DNA of 64,000 nucleotides from Eledone cirrhosa (taxonomy: Eukaryota). The notes under the pieces are model-generated. The model searched no databases. It was given only the letters and a program-made list of their open reading frames with translations, and was not told the DNA's origin. A program made the translations under genes and the position numbers. Position 1 is the stretch's first letter. Each line of letters begins with the position of its first letter. The DNA is taken from NCBI GenBank assembly GCA_964016885.1, contig OZ024741.1, forward strand, positions 52,018,001 to 52,082,000. Direction: 5' to 3'. Below are positions 52,801 through 64,000 of this stretch, piece after piece.

Positions 52801-55800
52801 ATTGCTCATTTTTTGTCGATTCTATTGAGTGATGAATAGCTTTTGTTTTATTTTAACATGTCTATTGAGCACTCTAATTCGATATGTGTATTTCCACATT
52901 CACTCGAATTGTTTTCGCGGATATAGGGGTCATCTCCCTTGTCTAATGCCATGTGCGTTTTTCACCGCTAGTTGACTCCTTTGCCGCCAGGATAAAACTC
53001 GTTGACAACGTAAACTCCGTTCCACTTATTCTAGTAGGCTTTTATATTTATATGTGAGCTGATAGAGTACTGTCTAAGGATTTACAGAAACCCATGAAGC
53101 TAGATTTAACACCTTTCTAGTGGGTCCGGGTATGATTTTACATTCATTTAAATTATTGACGTATTGTTTTATTGATATTTTTTATCTGTTTGGCCCGAAT
53201 CTTCCTTTATCGATTTTAAATCGTATGGTTGATTGTAGACTTGTTCTATATGTGACGGTATTTTAACGATAGTTATAGCTCTGATTCATCTGAATTATTG
53301 AGCCCTCTGCCGCTCATATCGAATTTCGTTTTTCGTGAACTCGTGCGCCGATTTTTCGATACTCGATCTTTCTAATATATTTAGCTCTGGACATAGCTAT
53401 CCACCAGTTAATTTTATTGCTCATTTTTTGTCGATTCTATTGAGTGATGAATAGCTTTTGTTTTATTTTAACATGTCTATTGAGCACTCTAATTCGATAT
53501 GTGTATTTCCACATTCACTCGAATTGTTTTCGCGGATATAGGGGTCATCTCCCTTGTCTAATGCCATGTGCGTTTTTCACCGCTAGTTGACTCCTTTGCC
53601 GCCAGGATAAAACTCGTTGACAACGTAAACTCCGTTCCACTTATTCTAGTAGGCTTTTATATTTATATGTGAGCTGATAGAGTACTGTCTAAGGATTTAC
53701 AGAAACCCATGAAGCTAGATTTAACACCTTTCTAGTGGGTCCGGGTATGATTTTACATTCATTTAAATTATTGACGTATTGTTTTATTGATATTTTTTAT
53801 CTGTTTGGCCCGAATCTTCCTTTATCGATTTTAAATCGTATGGTTGATTGTAGACTTGTTCTATATGTGACGGTATTTTAACGATAGTTATAGCTCTGAT
53901 TCATCTGAATTATTGAGCCCTCTGCCGCTCATATCGAATTTCGTTTTTCGTGAACTCGTGCGCCGATTTTTCGATACTCGATCTTTCTAATATATTTAGC
54001 TCTGGACATAGCTATCCACCAGTTAATTTTATTGCTCATTTTTTGTCGATTCTATTGAGTGATGAATAGCTTTTGTTTTATTTTAACATGTCTATTGAGC
54101 ACTCTAATTCGATATGTGTATTTCCACATTCACTCGAATTGTTTTCGCGGATATAGGGGTCATCTCCCTTGTCTAATGCCATGTGCGTTTTTCACCGCTA
54201 GTTGACTCCTTTGCCGCCAGGATAAAACTCGTTGACAACGTAAACTCCGTTCCACTTATTCTAGTAGGCTTTTATATTTATATGTGAGCTGATAGAGTAC
54301 TGTCTAAGGATTTACAGAAACCCATGAAGCTAGATTTAACACCTTTCTAGTGGGTCCGGGTATGATTTTACATTCATTTAAATTATTGACGTATTGTTTT
54401 ATTGATATTTTTTATCTGTTTGGCCCGAATCTTCCTTTATCGATTTTAAATCGTATGGTTGATTGTAGACTTGTTCTATATGTGACGGTATTTTAACGAT
54501 AGTTATAGCTCTGATTCATCTGAATTATTGAGCCCTCTGCCGCTCATATCGAATTTCGTTTTTCGTGAACTCGTGCGCCGATTTTTCGATACTCGATCTT
54601 TCTAATATATTTAGCTCTGGACATAGCTATCCACCAGTTAATTTTATTGCTCATTTTTTGTCGATTCTATTGAGTGATGAATAGCTTTTGTTTTATTTTA
54701 ACATGTCTATTGAGCACTCTAATTCGATATGTGTATTTCCACATTCACTCGAATTGTTTTCGCGGATATAGGGGTCATCTCCCTTGTCTAATGCCATGTG
54801 CGTTTTTCACCGCTAGTTGACTCCTTTGCCGCCAGGATAAAACTCGTTGACAACGTAAACTCCGTTCCACTTATTCTAGTAGGCTTTTATATTTATATGT
54901 GAGCTGATAGAGTACTGTCTAAGGATTTACAGAAACCCATGAAGCTAGATTTAACACCTTTCTAGTGGGTCCGGGTATGATTTTACATTCATTTAAATTA
55001 TTGACGTATTGTTTTATTGATATTTTTTATCTGTTTGGCCCGAATCTTCCTTTATCGATTTTAAATCGTATGGTTGATTGTAGACTTGTTCTATATGTGA
55101 CGGTATTTTAACGATAGTTATAGCTCTGATTCATCTGAATTATTGAGCCCTCTGCCGCTCATATCGAATTTCGTTTTTCGTGAACTCGTGCGCCGATTTT
55201 TCGATACTCGATCTTTCTAATATATTTAGCTCTGGACATAGCTATCCACCAGTTAATTTTATTGCTCATTTTTTGTCGATTCTATTGAGTGATGAATAGC
55301 TTTTGTTTTATTTTAACATGTCTATTGAGCACTCTAATTCGATATGTGTATTTCCACATTCACTCGAATTGTTTTCGCGGATATAGGGGTCATCTCCCTT
55401 GTCTAATGCCATGTGCGTTTTTCACCGCTAGTTGACTCCTTTGCCGCCAGGATAAAACTCGTTGACAACGTAAACTCCGTTCCACTTATTCTAGTAGGCT
55501 TTTATATTTATATGTGAGCTGATAGAGTACTGTCTAAGGATTTACAGAAACCCATGAAGCTAGATTTAACACCTTTCTAGTGGGTCCGGGTATGATTTTA
55601 CATTCATTTAAATTATTGACGTATTGTTTTATTGATATTTTTTATCTGTTTGGCCCGAATCTTCCTTTATCGATTTTAAATCGTATGGTTGATTGTAGAC
55701 TTGTTCTATATGTGACGGTATTTTAACGATAGTTATAGCTCTGATTCATCTGAATTATTGAGCCCTCTGCCGCTCATATCGAATTTCGTTTTTCGTGAAC

Positions 55801-58800
55801 TCGTGCGCCGATTTTTCGATACTCGATCTTTCTAATATATTTAGCTCTGGACATAGCTATCCACCAGTTAATTTTATTGCTCATTTTTTGTCGATTCTAT
55901 TGAGTGATGAATAGCTTTTGTTTTATTTTAACATGTCTATTGAGCACTCTAATTCGATATGTGTATTTCCACATTCACTCGAATTGTTTTCGCGGATATA
56001 GGGGTCATCTCCCTTGTCTAATGCCATGTGCGTTTTTCACCGCTAGTTGACTCCTTTGCCGCCAGGATAAAACTCGTTGACAACGTAAACTCCGTTCCAC
56101 TTATTCTAGAAGGCTTTTATATTTATATGTGAGCTGATAGAGTACTGTCTAAGGATTTACAGAAACCCATGAAGCTAGATTTAACACCTTTCTAGTGGGT
56201 CCGGGTATGATTTTACATTCATTTAAATTATTGACGTATTGTTTTATTGATATTTTTTATCTGTTTGGCCCGAATCTTCCTTTATCGATTTTAAATCGTA
56301 TGGTTGATTGTAGACTTGTTCTATATGTGACGGTATTTTAACGATAGTTATAGCTCTGATTCATCTGAATTATTGAGCCCTCTGCCGCTCATATCGAATT
56401 TCGTTTTTCGTGAACTCGTGCGCCGATTTTTCGATACTCGATCTTTCTAATATATTTAGCTCTGGACATAGCTATCCACCAGTTAATTTTATTGCTCATT
56501 TTTTGTCGATTCTATTGAGTGATGAATAGCTTTTGTTTTATTTTAACATGTCTATTGAGCACTCTAATTCGATATGTGTATTTCCACATTCACTCGAATT
56601 GTTTTCGCGGATATAGGGGTCATCTCCCTTGTCTAATGCCATGTGCGTTTTTCACCGCTAGTTGACTCCTTTGCCGCCAGGATAAAACTCGTTGACAACG
56701 TAAACTCCGTTCCACTTATTCTAGTAGGCTTTTATATTTATATGTGAGCTGATAGAGTACTGTCTAAGGATTTACAGAAACCCATGAAGCTAGATTTAAC
56801 ACCTTTCTAGTGGGTCCGGGTATGATTTTACATTCATTTAAATTATTGACGTATTGTTTTATTGATATTTTTTATCTGTTTGGCCCGAATCTTCCTTTAT
56901 CGATTTTAAATCGTATGGTTGATTGTAGACTTGTTCTATATGTGACGGTATTTTAACGATAGTTATAGCTCTGATTCATCTGAATTATTGAGCCCTCTGC
57001 CGCTCATATCGAATTTCGTTTTTCGTGAACTCGTGCGCCGATTTTTCGATACTCGATCTTTCTAATATATTTAGCTCTGGACATAGCTATCCACCAGTTA
57101 ATTTTATTGCTCATTTTTTGTCGATTCTATTGAGTGATGAATAGCTTTTGTTTTATTTTAACATGTCTATTGAGCACTCTAATTCGATATGTGTATTTCC
57201 ACATTCACTCGAATTGTTTTCGCGGATATAGGGGTCATCTCCCTTGTCTAATGCCATGTGCGTTTTTCACCGCTAGTTGACTCCTTTGCCGCCAGGATAA
57301 AACTCGTTGACAACGTAAACTCCGTTCCACTTATTCTAGTAGGCTTTTATATTTATATGTGAGCTGATAGAGTACTGTCTAAGGATTTACAGAAACCCAT
57401 GAAGCTAGATTTAACACCTTTCTAGTGGGTCCGGGTATGATTTTACATTCATTTAAATTATTGACGTATTGTTTTATTGATATTTTTTATCTGTTTGGCC
57501 CGAATCTTCCTTTATCGATTTTAAATCGTATGGTTGATTGTAGACTTGTTCTATATGTGACGGTATTTTAACGATAGTTATAGCTCTGATTCATCTGAAT
57601 TATTGAGCCCTCTGCCGCTCATATCGAATTTCGTTTTTCGTGAACTCGTGCGCCGATTTTTCGATACTCGATCTTTCTAATATATTTAGCTCTGGACATA
57701 GCTATCCACCAGTTAATTTTATTGCTCATTTTTTGTCGATTCTATTGAGTGATGAATAGCTTTTGTTTTATTTTAACATGTCTATTGAGCACTCTAATTC
57801 GATATGTGTATTTCCACATTCACTCGAATTGTTTTCGCGGATATAGGGGTCATCTCCCTTGTCTAATGCCATGTGCGTTTTTCACCGCTAGTTGACTCCT
57901 TTGCCGCCAGGATAAAACTCGTTGACAACGTAAACTCCGTTCCACTTATTCTAGTAGGCTTTTATATTTATATGTGAGCTGATAGAGTACTGTCTAAGGA
58001 TTTACAGAAACCCATGAAGCTAGATTTAACACCTTTCTAGTGGGTCCGGGTATGATTTTACATTCATTTAAATTATTGACGTATTGTTTTATTGATATTT
58101 TTTATCTGTTTGGCCCGAATCTTCCTTTATCGATTTTAAATCGTATGGTTGATTGTAGACTTGTTCTATATGTGACGGTATTTTAACGATAGTTATAGCT
58201 CTGATTCATCTGAATTATTGAGCCCTCTGCCGCTCATATCGAATTTCGTTTTTCGTGAACTCGTGCGCCGATTTTTCGATACTCGATCTTTCTAATATAT
58301 TTAGCTCTGGACATAGCTATCCACCAGTTAATTTTATTGCTCATTTTTTGTCGATTCTATTGAGTGATGAATAGCTTTTGTTTTATTTTAACATGTCTAT
58401 TGAGCACTCTAATTCGATATGTGTATTTCCACATTCACTCGAATTGTTTTCGCGGATATAGGGGTCATCTCCCTTGTCTAATGCCATGTGCGTTTTTCAC
58501 CGCTAGTTGACTCCTTTGCCGCCAGGATAAAACTCGTTGACAACGTAAACTCCGTTCCACTTATTCTAGTAGGCTTTTATATTTATATGTGAGCTGATAG
58601 AGTACTGTCTAAGGATTTACAGAAACCCATGAAGCTAGATTTAACACCTTTCTAGTGGGTCCGGGTATGATTTTACATTCATTTAAATTATTGACGTATT
58701 GTTTTATTGATATTTTTTATCTGTTTGGCCCGAATCTTCCTTTATCGATTTTAAATCGTATGGTTGATTGTAGACTTGTTCTATATGTGACGGTATTTTA

Positions 58801-61800
58801 ACGATAGTTATAGCTCTGATTCATCTGAATTATTGAGCCCTCTGCCGCTCATATCGAATTTCGTTTTTCGTGAACTCGTGCGCCGATTTTTCGATACTCG
58901 ATCTTTCTAATATATTTAGCTCTGGACATAGCTATCCACCAGTTAATTTTATTGCTCATTTTTTGTCGATTCTATTGAGTGATGAATAGCTTTTGTTTTA
59001 TTTTAACATGTCTATTGAGCACTCTAATTCGATATGTGTATTTCCACATTCACTCGAATTGTTTTCGCGGATATAGGGGTCATCTCCCTTGTCTAATGCC
59101 ATGTGCGTTTTTCACCGCTAGTTGACTCCTTTGCCGCCAGGATAAAACTCGTTGACAACGTAAACTCCGTTCCACTTATTCTAGTAGGCTTTTATATTTA
59201 TATGTGAGCTGATAGAGTACTGTCTAAGGATTTACAGAAACCCATGAAGCTAGATTTAACACCTTTCTAGTGGGTCCGGGTATGATTTTACATTCATTTA
59301 AATTATTGACGTATTGTTTTATTGATATTTTTTATCTGTTTGGCCCGAATCTTCCTTTATCGATTTTAAATCGTATGGTTGATTGTAGACTTGTTCTATA
59401 TGTGACGGTATTTTAACGATAGTTATAGCTCTGATTCATCTGAATTATTGAGCCCTCTGCCGCTCATATCGAATTTCGTTTTTCGTGAACTCGTGCGCCG
59501 ATTTTTCGATACTCGATCTTTCTAATATATTTAGCTCTGGACATAGCTATCCACCAGTTAATTTTATTGCTCATTTTTTGTCGATTCTATTGAGTGATGA
59601 ATAGCTTTTGTTTTATTTTAACATGTCTATTGAGCACTCTAATTCGATATGTGTATTTCCACATTCACTCGAATTGTTTTCGCGGATATAGGGGTCATCT
59701 CCCTTGTCTAATGCCATGTGCGTTTTTCACCGCTAGTTGACTCCTTTGCCGCCAGGATAAAACTCGTTGACAACGTAAACTCCGTTCCACTTATTCTAGT
59801 AGGCTTTTATATTTATATGTGAGCTGATAGAGTACTGTCTAAGGATTTACAGAAACCCATGAAGCTAGATTTAACACCTTTCTAGTGGGTCCGGGTATGA
59901 TTTTACATTCATTTAAATTATTGACGTATTGTTTTATTGATATTTTTTATCTGTTTGGCCCGAATCTTCCTTTATCGATTTTAAATCGTATGGTTGATTG
60001 TAGACTTGTTCTATATGTGACGGTATTTTAACGATAGTTATAGCTCTGATTCATCTGAATTATTGAGCCCTCTGCCGCTCATATCGAATTTCGTTTTTCG
60101 TGAACTCGTGCGCCGATTTTTCGATACTCGATCTTTCTAATATATTTAGCTCTGGACATAGCTATCCACCAGTTAATTTTATTGCTCATTTTTTGTCGAT
60201 TCTATTGAGTGATGAATAGCTTTTGTTTTATTTTAACATGTCTATTGAGCACTCTAATTCGATATGTGTATTTCCACATTCACTCGAATTGTTTTCGCGG
60301 ATATAGGGGTCATCTCCCTTGTCTAATGCCATGTGCGTTTTTCACCGCTAGTTGACTCCTTTGCCGCCAGGATAAAACTCGTTGACAACGTAAACTCCGT
60401 TCCACTTATTCTAGTAGGCTTTTATATTTATATGTGAGCTGATAGAGTACTGTCTAAGGATTTACAGAAACCCATGAAGCTAGATTTAACACCTTTCTAG
60501 TGGGTCCGGGTATGATTTTACATTCATTTAAATTATTGACGTATTGTTTTATTGATATTTTTTATCTGTTTGGCCCGAATCTTCCTTTATCGATTTTAAA
60601 TCGTATGGTTGATTGTAGACTTGTTCTATATGTGACGGTATTTTAACGATAGTTATAGCTCTGATTCATCTGAATTATTGAGCCCTCTGCCGCTCATATC
60701 GAATTTCGTTTTTCGTGAACTCGTGCGCCGATTTTTCGATACTCGATCTTTCTAATATATTTAGCTCTGGACATAGCTATCCACCAGTTAATTTTATTGC
60801 TCATTTTTTGTCGATTCTATTGAGTGATGAATAGCTTTTGTTTTATTTTAACATGTCTATTGAGCACTCTAATTCGATATGTGTATTTCCACATTCACTC
60901 GAATTGTTTTCGCGGATATAGGGGTCATCTCCCTTGTCTAATGCCATGTGCGTTTTTCACCGCTAGTTGACTCCTTTGCCGCCAGGATAAAACTCGTTGA
61001 CAACGTAAACTCCGTTCCACTTATTCTAGTAGGCTTTTATATTTATATGTGAGCTGATAGAGTACTGTCTAAGGATTTACAGAAACCCATGAAGCTAGAT
61101 TTAACACCTTTCTAGTGGGTCCGGGTATGATTTTACATTCATTTAAATTATTGACGTATTGTTTTATTGATATTTTTTATCTGTTTGGCCCGAATCTTCC
61201 TTTATCGATTTTAAATCGTATGGTTGATTGTAGACTTGTTCTATATGTGACGGTATTTTAACGATAGTTATAGCTCTGATTCATCTGAATTATTGAGCCC
61301 TCTGCCGCTCATATCGAATTTCGTTTTTCGTGAACTCGTGCGCCGATTTTTCGATACTCGATCTTTCTAATATATTTAGCTCTGGACATAGCTATCCACC
61401 AGTTAATTTTATTGCTCATTTTTTGTCGATTCTATTGAGTGATGAATAGCTTTTGTTTTATTTTAACATGTCTATTGAGCACTCTAATTCGATATGTGTA
61501 TTTCCACATTCACTCGAATTGTTTTCGCGGATATAGGGGTCATCTCCCTTGTCTAATGCCATGTGCGTTTTTCACCGCTAGTTGACTCCTTTGCCGCCAG
61601 GATAAAACTCGTTGACAACGTAAACTCCGTTCCACTTATTCTAGTAGGCTTTTATATTTATATGTGAGCTGATAGAGTACTGTCTAAGGATTTACAGAAA
61701 CCCATGAAGCTAGATTTAACACCTTTCTAGTGGGTCCGGGTATGATTTTACATTCATTTAAATTATTGACGTATTGTTTTATTGATATTTTTTATCTGTT

Positions 61801-64000
61801 TGGCCCGAATCTTCCTTTATCGATTTTAAATCGTATGGTTGATTGTAGACTTGTTCTATATGTGACGGTATTTTAACGATAGTTATAGCTCTGATTCATC
61901 TGAATTATTGAGCCCTCTGCCGCTCATATCGAATTTCGTTTTTCGTGAACTCGTGCGCCGATTTTTCGATACTCGATCTTTCTAATATATTTAGCTCTGG
62001 ACATAGCTATCCACCAGTTAATTTTATTGCTCATTTTTTGTCGATTCTATTGAGTGATGAATAGCTTTTGTTTTATTTTAACATGTCTATTGAGCACTCT
62101 AATTCGATATGTGTATTTCCACATTCACTCGAATTGTTTTCGCGGATATAGGGGTCATCTCCCTTGTCTAATGCCATGTGCGTTTTTCACCGCTAGTTGA
62201 CTCCTTTGCCGCCAGGATAAAACTCGTTGACAACGTAAACTCCGTTCCACTTATTCTAGTAGGCTTTTATATTTATATGTGAGCTGATAGAGTACTGTCT
62301 AAGGATTTACAGAAACCCATGAAGCTAGATTTAACACCTTTCTAGTGGGTCCGGGTATGATTTTACATTCATTTAAATTATTGACGTATTGTTTTATTGA
62401 TATTTTTTATCTGTTTGGCCCGAATCTTCCTTTATCGATTTTAAATCGTATGGTTGATTGTAGACTTGTTCTATATGTGACGGTATTTTAACGATAGTTA
62501 TAGCTCTGATTCATCTGAATTATTGAGCCCTCTGCCGCTCATATCGAATTTCGTTTTTCGTGAACTCGTGCGCCGATTTTTCGATACTCGATCTTTCTAA
62601 TATATTTAGCTCTGGACATAGCTATCCACCAGTTAATTTTATTGCTCATTTTTTGTCGATTCTATTGAGTGATGAATAGCTTTTGTTTTATTTTAACATG
62701 TCTATTGAGCACTCTAATTCGATATGTGTATTTCCACATTCACTCGAATTGTTTTCGCGGATATAGGGGTCATCTCCCTTGTCTAATGCCATGTGCGTTT
62801 TTCACCGCTAGTTGACTCCTTTGCCGCCAGGATAAAACTCGTTGACAACGTAAACTCCGTTCCACTTATTCTAGTAGGCTTTTATATTTATATGTGAGCT
62901 GATAGAGTACTGTCTAAGGATTTACAGAAACCCATGAAGCTAGATTTAACACCTTTCTAGTGGGTCCGGGTATGATTTTACATTCATTTAAATTATTGAC
63001 GTATTGTTTTATTGATATTTTTTATCTGTTTGGCCCGAATCTTCCTTTATCGATTTTAAATCGTATGGTTGATTGTAGACTTGTTCTATATGTGACGGTA
63101 TTTTAACGATAGTTATAGCTCTGATTCATCTGAATTATTGAGCCCTCTGCCGCTCATATCGAATTTCGTTTTTCGTGAACTCGTGCGCCGATTTTTCGAT
63201 ACTCGATCTTTCTAATATATTTAGCTCTGGACATAGCTATCCACCAGTTAATTTTATTGCTCATTTTTTGTCGATTCTATTGAGTGATGAATAGCTTTTG
63301 TTTTATTTTAACATGTCTATTGAGCACTCTAATTCGATATGTGTATTTCCACATTCACTCGAATTGTTTTCGCGGATATAGGGGTCATCTCCCTTGTCTA
63401 ATGCCATGTGCGTTTTTCACCGCTAGTTGACTCCTTTGCCGCCAGGATAAAACTCGTTGACAACGTAAACTCCGTTCCACTTATTCTAGTAGGCTTTTAT
63501 ATTTATATGTGAGCTGATAGAGTACTGTCTAAGGATTTACAGAAACCCATGAAGCTAGATTTAACACCTTTCTAGTGGGTCCGGGTATGATTTTACATTC
63601 ATTTAAATTATTGACGTATTGTTTTATTGATATTTTTTATCTGTTTGGCCCGAATCTTCCTTTATCGATTTTAAATCGTATGGTTGATTGTAGACTTGTT
63701 CTATATGTGACGGTATTTTAACGATAGTTATAGCTCTGATTCATCTGAATTATTGAGCCCTCTGCCGCTCATATCGAATTTCGTTTTTCGTGAACTCGTG
63801 CGCCGATTTTTCGATACTCGATCTTTCTAATATATTTAGCTCTGGACATAGCTATCCACCAGTTAATTTTATTGCTCATTTTTTGTCGATTCTATTGAGT
63901 GATGAATAGCTTTTGTTTTATTTTAACATGTCTATTGAGCACTCTAATTCGATATGTGTATTTCCACATTCACTCGAATTGTTTTCGCGGATATAGGGGT
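49898..64000 (+). repeat. Tandem array of a 615-bp unit, about 22.9 copies, running off the window end. Retrozyme-like.
   Basis: TGACTCCTTTGCC recurs at 49898, 50513, 51128 and onward. The only difference noticed is T>A at 56110. Starts directly after (TA)n. No ORF in the track. Confidence 0.98.
49918..50065 (+). ncRNA. Type I hammerhead ribozyme, U3-A8 variant (first of 23 copies, period 615)
   Basis: Stem I ACTCG (49922-26)/CGGGT (50052-56). Core TTGACAA (49927-33). Stem II GTAAA-TCC/GGA-TTTAC plus TATTCTA/TAGAGTA and GGCT/AGCT. GAAA (50012-15). Stem III CCCA/TGGG and CTAGA/TCTAG. GTC cleavage triplet ending at 50051. Confidence 0.82.

Noticed and set aside
49898-64000. Array as a CRISPR array, a 5S/snRNA/tRNA gene cluster or a coding repeat
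   Set aside because: There are no variable spacers, no recognisable 5S, U-snRNA or tRNA sequence, and no ORF in the six-frame track even though 615 is a multiple of 3.

Overview
Repeat-dense, gene-poor animal genomic DNA. The SINE types and (TA)n-anchored retroelements suggest a cephalopod or other mollusc (inference). Bases 1-49.9 kb are a mosaic of decayed retroelements, most abutting microsatellites: four Penelope-like elements (PLEs, GIY-YIG), three Tx1/L1-clade LINE copies (one near full length and interrupted by a 2.7-kb non-coding LTR element), RTE, CR1-like, R4-like and CRE-like LINE fragments, a mariner relic, MITEs and tRNA-derived SINEs. There is also one intact tRNA-Glu(CTC) gene and one candidate orphan terminal exon. 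From 49,898 to the window end lies a nearly invariant tandem array of about 23 x 615 bp with no ORF. The main result is that each 615-bp unit folds, by manual pairing, into a complete type I hammerhead ribozyme with the compensatory U3-A8 core (UUGACAA...GAAA...GUC), so the array looks like a large retrozyme-type element rather than an inert satellite. About ten further hammerhead motifs, several with non-canonical cores, occur in PLE ends and small (TA)n-flanked inserts. All folds and family assignments were made by eye. Nothing was computed or searched, and element boundaries are approximate unless a junction is quoted.
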